Position numbers and translations under genes: made by a program. Below, piece by piece: positions 30,028 to 39,174 of a DNA stretch of 64,000 nucleotides. How positions within the stretch are numbered: the stretch's first letter is position 1; each line of letters begins with the position of its first letter. The DNA is from Dehalococcoidia bacterium (GTDB taxonomy: Bacteria; Chloroflexota; Dehalococcoidia; GIF9; AB-539-J10). The notes under the pieces were generated by a model. It was given only the letters and a program-made list of their open reading frames with translations. It had not been told where the DNA came from and made no database searches. The stretch lies in contig JBAUEM010000113.1 in NCBI GenBank assembly GCA_049678605.1, forward strand, positions 9,822 through 73,821, given 5' to 3'.

Positions 30028-30372
30028 TTGGCTTATACTGGAAGAGTAGCTAATACTGGAAGAGTAAGAGGTACGAGGAACTTCATCACCAGGCCAGCAG
30101 TCTGTCCCTTTTGCAAGGGGCATATGAAAATCGACTATAAAGATGTTTCTGTGTTATCTCGCTATATTTCCAATCAGGGTAAGATTGTGTCGCGGCGGAG
30201 GAGCAGAAGCTGTGCTAAACATCAAAGAAGCTTAGCACAAGCTATAAAGAGGGCTCGTTATCTCGCTATGTTACCTTACGCACCAAGCCATATTTGGAAA
30301 ACAGGAGGCGTAGGCCTATCCCGTTCGATAGGCCTATCCCGTTCGACAGGCCTATCCCGTTCGACAGTTTGA
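30028..30372 (+). CDS. rpsR: 30S ribosomal protein S18 with a repeat-encoded C-terminal extension
   Basis: CPFC...IDYKD...CAKHQRSLAQAIKRARYLAMLPY core, followed by about 25 extra residues ending GLSRSIGLSRSTGLSRSTV. Confidence 0.85.
   Translation: MAYTGRVANTGRVRGTRNFITRPAVCPFCKGHMKIDYKDVSVLSRYISNQGKIVSRRRSRSCAKHQRSLAQAIKRARYLAMLPYAPSHIWKTGGVGLSRSIGLSRSTGLSRSTV
30312..30365. repeat. Perfect-phase 18-bp tandem repeat x3 (aggcctatcccgttcgay) inside the 3' end of rpsR
   Basis: Three adjacent units read directly. Adjacent units pair as aggcctat-N8-ataggcct hairpins. Confidence 0.9.
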
Positions 30373-30375
30373 AGA

Positions 30376-30516
30376 ATGCCAAAACGGACTTATCAACCGA
30401 AGAAAATTTCCCGGAGGCGCAGCTTAGGTTTTCGTGCTAGAATGGCCACTCGAGCTGGAAGACGAGTGCTTAAAGCAAGGCGCCTTAAGGGGAGGTATAG
30501 GCTGACTCCAGTTTAA
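30376..30516 (+). CDS. rpmH: 50S ribosomal protein L34 (missed by the ORF track, 46 aa)
   Basis: Hand translation gives [46 protein letters not shown]. Lies upstream of rnpA, as in the conserved operon. Confidence 0.9.
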   Translation: MPKRTYQPKKISRRRSLGFRARMATRAGRRVLKARRLKGRYRLTPV

Positions 30517-30525
30517 CTCTATCCT

Positions 30526-30864
30526 GTGAAGGAGCCTCGTTTTTTAACTAATAGAGCCCAATATACCTTGGTTTATCGACAAGGCAAAGTATGGGCAAAT
30601 AGCTTGCTAGTGATGAAGGCGATGCCCAATGGTTTAAGTCTAAGCCGATACGGTTTTTCCGTGACCAAAAAAGTAGGTAATGCGGTGCAACGTAATCGTT
30701 TGAAGAGGTTACTCAGGGAAATAATGAGGCTGCAATCGCTAAGGCCTGGATGGGACATTGTCTTCATTGCTCGGTCTGTAGCAGTCAATACTGACTATCA
30801 CCAGCTAGAGAGGTCAGTAACCAAGCTTTTAGCTCGGGCGCAATTGTTGGAGAGCAACGAATGA
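30526..30864 (+). CDS. rnpA: Ribonuclease P protein component
   Basis: GFSVTKKVGNAVQRNRLKRLLRE motif. Its TGA overlaps the yidD ATG (ATGA). Confidence 0.85.
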   Translation: MKEPRFLTNRAQYTLVYRQGKVWANSLLVMKAMPNGLSLSRYGFSVTKKVGNAVQRNRLKRLLREIMRLQSLRPGWDIVFIARSVAVNTDYHQLERSVTKLLARAQLLESNE

Positions 30865-31070
30865 CTCAATTAGCTCTGGGTTTAATTAAATTGTACCAGA
30901 ACACAGTGTCGAAGGTCATCCCTAATGTTTGTCGTTTCCAGCCTACATGCTCTCGCTATGCTTTTGAGGCAATTAAAAGACATGGGTTTGCCCGAGGTAG
31001 CTGGCTGGCAGCCAAGAGGCTAGGTCGATGTAATCCCTTCTCTAAAAGTGGCTACGACCCAGTACCTTAG
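30861..31070 (+). CDS. yidD: Membrane protein insertion efficiency factor YidD
   Basis: CRFQPTCSRYA...GSWLAAKRLGRCNPF signature. Confidence 0.9.
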   Translation: MTQLALGLIKLYQNTVSKVIPNVCRFQPTCSRYAFEAIKRHGFARGSWLAAKRLGRCNPFSKSGYDPVP

Positions 31071-31077
31071 TTATAGA

Positions 31078-32304
31078 ATGAAACAATCAAAGATATTATT
31101 CCTCATTGTAATTGCTCTTTTGCCCTTGACACTGGTTTCCTGTATTTCAGGTGGCGCTCAGTCAGCGAAGGGATGGTCAGGAACTGCAGTTCACGACGGC
31201 ATTGCTTATGTGGGCACCGCGGATGGCAGGGTGGTGGCGATAAATTCGTCAACTGGAAATCTAGAATGGTCTTATTCCATCGCCCCAGTCACCGCACCCT
31301 CCAGCGGCTTAGCATGTGGCCCAACATTGGCTCCAACTGCTATATATGGTACACCGGTTGTAGATAGAGATATAGTTTACATTGGCACCTATAGTGGCCA
31401 GGTTCTGGCATTGAACACGTTGGCGAGAGTCGAGGATTTGACCTTTCCTCAGCAAAGGTATGGTGAATGGAAGTGGGATTGTCCCATAGATAATGCAAAA
31501 AGCAATGCTATAGTAGCTGACTTGTTAGTAAGCGAGGATGCCATATATGTAAGTAGCTCCAATGGCAGGGTGTATTCTCTGGATAAGGAATTCGGTGACT
31601 TGAAGTGGGAGTCGGATATCTTAGACGAAAAACATGGAAAGCTATGGACCTCCCCTGTAATTCAGGGTGATACTCTCTATGTGAGCACTTTCGATGGCCA
31701 TATCTATGCTTTATCGTTAGAAACGGGGGAGCTATTGGAGTGGTCTTTTGAATCAGAGGCAGGCTTTGCTTCTTCACCAGTGATTTACGAAGATACTATA
31801 TTTTTGGGTTCGTTTGACCGCTATCTTTATGCCGTAAAAATAGGTAGTGATGTGCCAATGTGGAAATTTCCCGAGGAGAAACCAGCCGGTAATTGGTTCT
31901 GGGCATCTCCTATAGTCAATGAAGGCATTGTTTATGCTGGCTGCCTCGATGGCAAAGTTTATGCGATTGATGCTGAGACAGGGGAAGAATTATGGCAGTT
32001 TGAGAGCCAGGATTCGAGAGGTAAGCCTGCCGCCATAGTATCCCCTCCTGTTTTGGTTGGTGATCTGCTAATAGTAGCTAACGAGGCAGGCAATGTATAT
32101 GTCATTAATCCCGAGACTGGTGACAGTGAGCGAATTAAAAATCGAGAAAATGGCGATAAACCAACTATTAATGACCAAATAAGAGCGTCTCTTTGCGCCC
32201 ACGAGGGTTTGGTTTATATTCGAGGTGAAGATAACCAGTTATATGTTGTGGATATTGATATGGGGGAAGTGAGTTGGAAGGTCCCCTTGACTATTGAAGA
32301 GTGA
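31078..32304 (+). CDS. PQQ-like (BamB-like) beta-propeller lipoprotein
   Basis: MKQSKILFLIVIALLPLTLVSC lipobox. Repeated ...G.VYA.D..TG...W motifs (8 or so blades). I moved the start from 31048 to the ATG at 31078, just after the yidD stop. Confidence 0.7.
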   Translation: MKQSKILFLIVIALLPLTLVSCISGGAQSAKGWSGTAVHDGIAYVGTADGRVVAINSSTGNLEWSYSIAPVTAPSSGLACGPTLAPTAIYGTPVVDRDIVYIGTYSGQVLALNTLARVEDLTFPQQRYGEWKWDCPIDNAKSNAIVADLLVSEDAIYVSSSNGRVYSLDKEFGDLKWESDILDEKHGKLWTSPVIQGDTLYVSTFDGHIYALSLETGELLEWSFESEAGFASSPVIYEDTIFLGSFDRYLYAVKIGSDVPMWKFPEEKPAGNWFWASPIVNEGIVYAGCLDGKVYAIDAETGEELWQFESQDSRGKPAAIVSPPVLVGDLLIVANEAGNVYVINPETGDSERIKNRENGDKPTINDQIRASLCAHEGLVYIRGEDNQLYVVDIDMGEVSWKVPLTIEE

Positions 32305-32316
32305 GGGTCGCGCCCC

Positions 32317-33054
32317 ATGATAGAAGTATGGCATTTAATTATAGGTAACCCAGTACTTAATGTGTTGATTGCCCTGAGTCACCTCTTATCTGGTAGCTTT
32401 GGGTTAGCAATCGTTGCCCTTACTATTATCGTTCGTTTAATCTCCTGGCCTCTTACCAAGCGCCAACTCAATTCCAGCAAAGCTATGCAGGATATGCAGC
32501 CGAAGATTCAAGAATTGCAGAAGAAATATGGTAAAAATAAGCAAAAGCTTCAGCAAGAAATGACGAAGCTTTATAAGGAAGCCGGGGTAAACCCTCTGGG
32601 CTGCTTATGGCCCATGTTGGTTCAATTCCCCATCTGGATTGCTCTCTATCAATCCATCATGAGAGCTCTGGCTACCACGCCCGAGAACTTACTTGATTTA
32701 GCTCATCGTCTTTACTCCTGGGACATAGTGAATCAAGCGATTCCGTTGAGCAGTATGTTTTTAGGGCTCGATTTAGGAAGCACTAACAACTTTATTCTAG
32801 CTATCATAGTTGGTGGCACAATGTGGGTACAGCAGAAGATGACCCAAGCACCAGCCATTGACCCAAGGCAGCAGTCCACAAGCAGGATGATGTTGCTGAT
32901 GATGCCCCTCATGTTTGGATTTATTACCTTGATGGTCCCCAGTGGCTTGGCTCTCTACTGGACAGTTTCCAATATAATTGGCATTATAACTCAATATTTC
33001 TTCACTGGTGGCTGGGGTTACCTTAAATTCCGTTCTCCGTCTCAGTCAACATAG
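32317..33054 (+). CDS. yidC: Membrane protein insertase YidC (short form)
   Basis: WPLTKRQLNSSKAMQDMQPKIQELQKKYG, and PSGLALYWTVSNIIGI. Confidence 0.85.
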   Translation: MIEVWHLIIGNPVLNVLIALSHLLSGSFGLAIVALTIIVRLISWPLTKRQLNSSKAMQDMQPKIQELQKKYGKNKQKLQQEMTKLYKEAGVNPLGCLWPMLVQFPIWIALYQSIMRALATTPENLLDLAHRLYSWDIVNQAIPLSSMFLGLDLGSTNNFILAIIVGGTMWVQQKMTQAPAIDPRQQSTSRMMLLMMPLMFGFITLMVPSGLALYWTVSNIIGIITQYFFTGGWGYLKFRSPSQST

Positions 33055-33132
33055 TGAAAGAAGAACCAGCATTGTAGAGATGCTCGCAAGTTGTGCTGGT
33101 AATAAAGCAAATCGCTAAAGGGAAATCGGACT

Positions 33133-33789
33133 ATGGAAGGGATTGAGATAGTAGCTGCGACAGTAGAACAGGCGATAGAGAAGGCAGAGGCGCAGCTAGG
33201 GCTGAGCCGGGACCAATTTGAGGTGGAGGTTGTTAGAGAGGGGAAGTCGGGTATTTTAAGAGCAAGAGGCAAAGAGGCTTTAATCAGGGTGACTCCAGTA
33301 ACCCCGCCGGAAAAGGCCTGCCCTGAGCTTGTCGAAGGGGATGCGGTCAAGGTGATCACAGAAATTTTAGATACGTTGCTTGGATTGCTGGGTGTAACAG
33401 GCAAGGTTGAAGTGCTATCCGATGAGATACCTCTAGCTTTGAATATCAAGGGTGACGATTTGGGTATCTTGATTGGTCGGCGAGGTCAGACTCTATCTTC
33501 CTTGGAATATATTACCAAGCTCATAGTAGTTGGACGGTTAAAGGCCTGGCTGCCGTTAACAGTTGACGTTGCCGGATACAAAGAACGCCGTCGTGATTCC
33601 TTGCAAAAATTGGCCCTATATCTAGCTGAGCAGGTGAAATCAAGACGCCATGACATAACTATGGAGCCAATGCCTGCTGACGAACGCCGTATTGTTCATT
33701 TAACTCTGGCTGATAATCCCGATGTAACAACTCAGAGCATAGGTGAGGGTGAGAGTAGGAAGGTGGTTATTTTACTGAGACAGGGTTAG
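33133..33789 (+). CDS. jag: RNA-binding protein Jag/KhpB (Jag_N, KH, R3H)
   Basis: C-terminal R3H (ERRIVHLTL). Position after yidC. Confidence 0.8.
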   Translation: MEGIEIVAATVEQAIEKAEAQLGLSRDQFEVEVVREGKSGILRARGKEALIRVTPVTPPEKACPELVEGDAVKVITEILDTLLGLLGVTGKVEVLSDEIPLALNIKGDDLGILIGRRGQTLSSLEYITKLIVVGRLKAWLPLTVDVAGYKERRRDSLQKLALYLAEQVKSRRHDITMEPMPADERRIVHLTLADNPDVTTQSIGEGESRKVVILLRQG

Positions 33790-33791
33790 CC

Positions 33792-36700
33792 ATGTTCCGG
33801 GAAGTAAATACCAAGATTAACTTTCTTCAACTGGAAGAAGATATCCTACGCTTCTGGAAAGAGCAGGGAATTTTTAACAAGAGCATCGAGACGAGAAAAA
33901 GGGGGGCACATTATGCCTTTTATGAAGGTCCACCCACAACTAATGGTAGCCCGGGCGTTCATCATGTGCTGTCTCGTCTATATAAGGACGTCGTTTGCCG
34001 GTACAAGGCGATGAAGGGTTATCATGTGCCCCGAAAGGCAGGGTGGGATACCCACGGCTTGCCCGTTGAGTTGGAGGTGGAAAGCTCTCTTGCCCTCACC
34101 AGTAAGGCTCAAATTGAGGAATATGGAGTGGCTCGATTCAATGACCATTGTCGCCAAAGCGCTTTCAAATATATTAAGGAATGGGAGGCTATGACTGAGC
34201 GTCTTGGCTGCTGGTTAGATATGGAGCATCCTTATATAACCTTAGACAATAGCTATATTGAATCCTGCTGGTGGATAATGAAAGAGCTATGGGACAGGGG
34301 CTTAATTTATCAGGGCTATAAAGTAACGCCGCATTGTCCTAGATGTGGCACATCCCTCAGCTCTCACGAGGTGGCTTTGGGCTATAAGGATGCTGAAGAT
34401 CCATCGGTACATGTAAAGTTTAGACTTGAGCCCAGCTCGCTTGAGAAAGAACCGGGACTCCATTCTTTTCTCTCGCCTTCTCGCATATTAAGTAAACCAG
34501 CATTTCTCCTGGCCTGGACAACGACACCGTGGACACTGCCGGGCAATACAGCTTTGGCGGTCGCTCCTCATGCTGAGTATAGTGTGATGGAAGGTGACCA
34601 AGATTATCTCATTCTAGCCACAATGCTTGTGGATAGGGTTGGGTTTGAGGGGTACACTGCGTTAGGAGTTGTTTTGGGCGAGGATCTTGTGCATCTTGAA
34701 TATGAGCCTTTGTTTAATCCTCATAATTTTGCTGTGCAGCGTCTGGACTTGCCAACACTGCGCGTGGAAGAGACAAGAGAAAACTTAACTTATTCTGTGA
34801 TCGGCGCTGATTTTGTCTCCTTGGATGAAGGCACCGGTGTAGTTCATATTGCTCCTGCCTTTGGAGAGATTGACTTTGATATTGGGATGAGTAGTGGGCT
34901 TGATTTCGTTCAACCTGTGGATTTGGAGGGCAGGGTTATCGGCACCTATCCCTTTGCTGGCAAGTTTGTCAAAGATGCCGATAAAGACATTCTTGACAAC
35001 TTGAAGTCTCGTGGGCTGCTCTTTCGCAGTGAGAGGATTACCCATACCTATCCCTTCTGCTGGAGGTGTGAATCACCTCTTCTCTATTATGCCAAGCAAA
35101 CCTGGTACATCAAGACGACCGCAGTAAAAGAGAGGCTTATCTCGGGCAATACCAAGATAAACTGGTACCCTGATTATATTAAGCATGGTCGTTTTGGCGA
35201 CTGGCTGGAGAACAACGTCGATTGGGCTTTTTCCCGGGAAAGGTATTGGGGGACTCCGCTTAATATTTGGCGCTGTGAAGCTTGTGTAACCCCTGAAATT
35301 CCTATTCCTAGTTATCAGTGTGTTGGCAGCGTGGATGAATTAAGGGCGCAGTCAAATCTCAGTGGCTTAACCACGCCCTTGGATTTACACCGCCCTTATG
35401 TGGATGAAATTACCTTTGCCTGTCCTAAATGTGGTGGCAGGATGCAGCGCGTTCCCGAGGTAATTGATTGTTGGTTTGATTCTGGAGCTATGCCGGTAGC
35501 TCAGTGGCATTATCCCTTCGAGAATGAAGATAAGTTTAAGCAGAATTTCCCCGCAGATTTTATTTGCGAGGCTGTGGACCAGACCAGGGGCTGGTTTTAC
35601 AGCTTACATGCCATATCTACTCTACTTTTCAATCGTCCTTGCTTTAAGAATGTCATCTGCTTAGGGCACGTTGTCGATGCTCAGGGTGAGAAAATGAGTA
35701 AGTCCAAGGGCAATGTAATTGCTCCCTGGGCTGTGATTAATAATTATGGTGCAGATGCTCTAAGGTGGTATATGCTGGTTTCTACTACAGGAGAAGATAC
35801 CCATCGTTTCTCCACTAAGATGCTTGAAGAGACGATACGTAAATTTTTCCTTACTTTGTGGAATACGTATTCCTTTTTTACCCTTTATGCCAATATCGAT
35901 TGCTTTGTTCCTCAGCCCTTGACGGCTGACAGCGATCAGCCAAAAGCTTTCACGGAGCTGGATAATTGGATTAGTTCAGAACTCAATCGGCTCGTAAGCG
36001 AGGTTTCCAAATCGATGGATAGCTACAATCCTACTTCTGCGACACGTAGGATTGAGGGATTTATAGATAATCTCTCTAACTGGTATGTGAGAAGAAACCG
36101 CCGCCGGTTCTGGAAAAGCGAGAACGATGCCGATAAATTGGCCGCATATACTACGCTACATCAATGTCTGGTGACTTTATCTCAATTGTTGGCTCCCTTT
36201 GTGCCATTTATTGCTGAAGAGCTTTATCAGAATTTGTTTCGTTCTGTTAATCCTGAAGCTAGAGAAAGCGTTCATCTAACTGATTTCCCCATAGCGGATG
36301 AGACTAAAATCAATGACAAGCTAAATGGCGATGTTGAGCTAGCTATGAAAATATCCAGCTTGGGCAGGGCGGCACGAGCTAAGGCGGGGATTAAAGTGCG
36401 CCAGCCATTGGATAAAGCCCTGGTCGGGGTAGAGACCGAAGGGGAAAAGAAAGCTTTAAAAAACTTATCTACTGAGGTAATGGAAGAGATAAATGTCAAG
36501 CAACTCGTCGTATTGAGTGAAGCGAAGGAACGAGAGGAATTTCCTTCAAACATGCCAGATTACAGCGTGGCCAACGACGCTAGATATTGGGTGGCCATAA
36601 GTACTGAATTGACCCCTGAGCTAATTGCCGAGGGAGTAAGTAGAGAGCTTGTGCGTCATCTTCAAAATATGCGTCGCAATGCCAAGTTTGATATCACAGA

Positions 36701-36905
36701 CCACATCATTACCTATTATCAGACAAAAGAACCACTCATCAAGCAAGTAATAAATACCTTTGCCGACTACATTAAACAAGAAACCTTGTCTCAGGAGCTT
36801 ATCGACGGTTTGCCTCCTGATGGAGCTCATGGTGAGAACCACCGTATCTCGAACAGCGAGGTCTCCTTGGCAATCAAAAAGCAAATCCCAAATCCTAATT
36901 TCTAA
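33792..36905 (+). CDS. ileS: Isoleucine--tRNA ligase (type 2)
   Basis: PPTTNGSPGVHHV (HIGH), KMSKSKGN, editing domain, Zn-binding CPKCGG. The last codons and the stop fall inside an interspersed repeat. Confidence 0.95.
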   Translation: MFREVNTKINFLQLEEDILRFWKEQGIFNKSIETRKRGAHYAFYEGPPTTNGSPGVHHVLSRLYKDVVCRYKAMKGYHVPRKAGWDTHGLPVELEVESSLALTSKAQIEEYGVARFNDHCRQSAFKYIKEWEAMTERLGCWLDMEHPYITLDNSYIESCWWIMKELWDRGLIYQGYKVTPHCPRCGTSLSSHEVALGYKDAEDPSVHVKFRLEPSSLEKEPGLHSFLSPSRILSKPAFLLAWTTTPWTLPGNTALAVAPHAEYSVMEGDQDYLILATMLVDRVGFEGYTALGVVLGEDLVHLEYEPLFNPHNFAVQRLDLPTLRVEETRENLTYSVIGADFVSLDEGTGVVHIAPAFGEIDFDIGMSSGLDFVQPVDLEGRVIGTYPFAGKFVKDADKDILDNLKSRGLLFRSERITHTYPFCWRCESPLLYYAKQTWYIKTTAVKERLISGNTKINWYPDYIKHGRFGDWLENNVDWAFSRERYWGTPLNIWRCEACVTPEIPIPSYQCVGSVDELRAQSNLSGLTTPLDLHRPYVDEITFACPKCGGRMQRVPEVIDCWFDSGAMPVAQWHYPFENEDKFKQNFPADFICEAVDQTRGWFYSLHAISTLLFNRPCFKNVICLGHVVDAQGEKMSKSKGNVIAPWAVINNYGADALRWYMLVSTTGEDTHRFSTKMLEETIRKFFLTLWNTYSFFTLYANIDCFVPQPLTADSDQPKAFTELDNWISSELNRLVSEVSKSMDSYNPTSATRRIEGFIDNLSNWYVRRNRRRFWKSENDADKLAAYTTLHQCLVTLSQLLAPFVPFIAEELYQNLFRSVNPEARESVHLTDFPIADETKINDKLNGDVELAMKISSLGRAARAKAGIKVRQPLDKALVGVETEGEKKALKNLSTEVMEEINVKQLVVLSEAKEREEFPSNMPDYSVANDARYWVAISTELTPELIAEGVSRELVRHLQNMRRNAKFDITDHIITYYQTKEPLIKQVINTFADYIKQETLSQELIDGLPPDGAHGENHRISNSEVSLAIKKQIPNPNF

Positions 36906-36945
36906 ACGCTAAACAAATTCCAAATCCAAAACAGGAGGGTCCTGG
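36880..36945. repeat. Interspersed AT-rich 'caaatcc-aaatcctaa-tctaaac' repeat overlapping the ileS stop
   Basis: Similar strings occur at 46498-46560, 46920-46990, 52715-52795 and 57225-57260. Confidence 0.6.
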
Positions 36946-36981
36946 TTACTGAGCTCGAGATTTGAATGAAGGAAGCTTGTC

Positions 36982-38076
36982 CTAGGAAGTCGGGCGTTCT
37001 ACCAGTCGGGCTGAGGTTGTTTTAATATCTTCGCCTCTAACGAAGACTATTTCTACTTCCTCACCAATTTCGCTGGTTCGAATAGCTCGGACGAGGTCGG
37101 CAACATTGCTTATTTCCTGACCTCCAAAGCGGATGATGCTGTCATCTTCTCTTAACCCCGCAGTATCTGCAGGGCTGTCAGCAACTACTTCTACAATAAG
37201 CGCTCCCCTCTCCACAGAAAGGTTTAATGCCGCAGCTAGCGAAGGGTCAACGGTATATAATCCCACTCCCAGCCAGGGATAGGTCACACGACCATGACGA
37301 ATTAAATCCAGGATGATAGGCGTAGCCTCATCGCTGCTTATGGCAAAGCCCATACCTTCCACTTCGGACGCAACTATCTTAACGCTGGTAATGCCTATCA
37401 CCTCACCAGACATGTTCACCAGTGGGCCACCGCTGTTGCCGGGATTGATAGCCGCCGTGGTTTGAATTAAACCATAAAGGGTATTTCCCTCAATGTTCAC
37501 GGATACATTTAAGCGGCTGACTATGCCCTGGGTTGCTATTATTCCTTCTCCCAGAGCATTGCCAATAGCTAGCACCCACTCGCCAAGAGATAGTGAGCTT
37601 GAGTCGCCCCAATAGGCATAAAGCAAATCTGCGGCATCTATCTTTATCACGGCAAGGTCAGATAAGGGGTCAGTGCCTACTATATTTGCAGGGAAAGTAC
37701 TACCATCGGCCAACTTCACGTAGATGCTCTGGGCATTTTCAACTACATGGTCGTTGGTGACAATATATCCTTCATCATCGATAAGTATCCCGGACCCAGC
37801 AACATATTCCGTGCTCTGACCGAAGAAAGAAGAGACGACCGTCTCCGTAGTCACGGAAACCACCGAGGGCATTACCTCGGCAACTACCGGACGGAAATCA
37901 GGCAAGGGAATAGCTGGCTCGCTCTCTGGGGGGAATGTCCAACCGGGTTCAGTGTGCTGGGTTGAGTTATTAGACTGGGGTGGGCTGGATATTGGGGAAA
38001 GGGATAGAGTCCAAATACTGATACTTAACGCTGCCGCTACTATTACTACGAAGGCCAGAATGTATTTTTTAGACAT
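36982..38076 (-). CDS. HtrA/DegP-family serine protease with PDZ domain, membrane-anchored
   Basis: N-terminal TM segment, TNDHVV (His), GNSGGPL (Ser), C-terminal PDZ-like region. Confidence 0.85.
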   Translation of the reverse strand: MSKKYILAFVVIVAAALSISIWTLSLSPISSPPQSNNSTQHTEPGWTFPPESEPAIPLPDFRPVVAEVMPSVVSVTTETVVSSFFGQSTEYVAGSGILIDDEGYIVTNDHVVENAQSIYVKLADGSTFPANIVGTDPLSDLAVIKIDAADLLYAYWGDSSSLSLGEWVLAIGNALGEGIIATQGIVSRLNVSVNIEGNTLYGLIQTTAAINPGNSGGPLVNMSGEVIGITSVKIVASEVEGMGFAISSDEATPIILDLIRHGRVTYPWLGVGLYTVDPSLAAALNLSVERGALIVEVVADSPADTAGLREDDSIIRFGGQEISNVADLVRAIRTSEIGEEVEIVFVRGEDIKTTSARLVERPTS

Positions 38077-38498
38077 TTTTTGCTACGCTTATTATAGCAT
38101 TGTTACCTTTTATACAAAAAATCTGCGCCCGAATTCAAGACAGAGTGTGTCAAATCATTTGAACAAAGCACACTTTTTTGAAGGATTGTTTAAAATATGC
38201 TCATAACACTATATCACATCTGATTTAACTTATGGAGGTGACGACCCAGATGGTCACGACTCAGGTGGTAAAGTGGCTTAGTACGGGCGAGAGGCGGTTG
38301 CTGAACTGGAATAGGCGTGGAGTTTTGTCAGCGCTGAGCTTCACCGACAGCGGCGGCGTTCGCTACTTCGACCGGGCGTGGCTGAGGAAAAGCCACGGAG
38401 ATTGTGGAGGGCAACAGGGGGAATGCAGCACCAAGGGGTCAATTCTATTTTTCCGGGGGCTCGTGAGGCGTGGAGGCTGAGATACACGGGTAACACTC

Positions 38499-38807
38499 AT
38501 GGTATGTTTAGTGGTAATCACTTACCATGGGAGTTACCGGGATGAGAAAGCCAGCTTCTACTTCCTCAAAAGAAAGCCCATTGTCCCGACTTGTCGGGAT
38601 AGATATGAACTCTGGAGGGGAGTGGCAGACCTTTTGGGTTTTGCAACCCAGGAGAGATTGAGAGTGGAATGTCCCGACTTGTCGGGATTCAACCGCCCGC
38701 ATCAATCTCCTGGCTATCTTACTCCGGTAGAGTATATTGAAGGGAACTTGCTAAAATATGCTGTCCAGTGTTACCCATGTGGTCAGCCAGCACAACCTCT
38801 GATCTAG
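38499..38807 (+). pseudogene. Remnant of a DDE (rve-type, IS3/IS481-like) transposase C-terminus, disrupted by hairpin repeats
   Basis: FNRPHQSPGYLTPVEYIE matches the conserved YN..RPH..LGY.TP tail of rve integrase-core transposases. No catalytic core is present. Two copies of tgtcccgacttgtcgggat lie 85 bp apart (38586 and 38671). Confidence 0.45.
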
Positions 38808-38819
38808 TTCAGACAGATG

Positions 38820-39027
38820 GGTGACACTTTGTATGTTTGTAACATCGGGTAGTAACCTTCCGTGTCATTGCGAGCCGAAGGCGTGGCAATCTCCGCGCCC
38901 AACAACCCCACCGAGATTGCTTCTGGGCTTCCGCCCCTCGCAACGACAGCAAGGGAGATTGCGGAGCCTGTTCCGAAGCATAAGCGAGGAATCTCGCTCC
39001 TCGCAATGACAAAAAAGAAGTGTCACC
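38820..39027. mobile_element. MITE-like palindromic element (about 208 bp) with 10-bp terminal inverted repeats
   Basis: ggtgacactt (38820-38829) pairs with aagtgtcacc (39018-39027). Nested inverted gtcattgcgag / ctcgcaatgac arms. No coding capacity. Confidence 0.5.
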
Positions 39028-39174
39028 AATCATATGAACGAGTACAACCTCTTGACTGTGAAGGCTGGGGTTTTGATATTATAGGAGATAAGTTGCTGGA
39101 CGCCATAAGTAGCACCCAGTTTGTCTTAGTACCAAAGGGTATCCAGCACAATCCAGAACGGAGGTGGATGCACC

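Noticed and set aside
38232-38480. 82-aa ORF with a faint MerR/excisionase-like HTH resemblance
   Set aside because: The similarity is too weak to call from sequence alone, and the C-terminal half is Gly/Arg low-complexity. It is mentioned only as part of the island-border finding.
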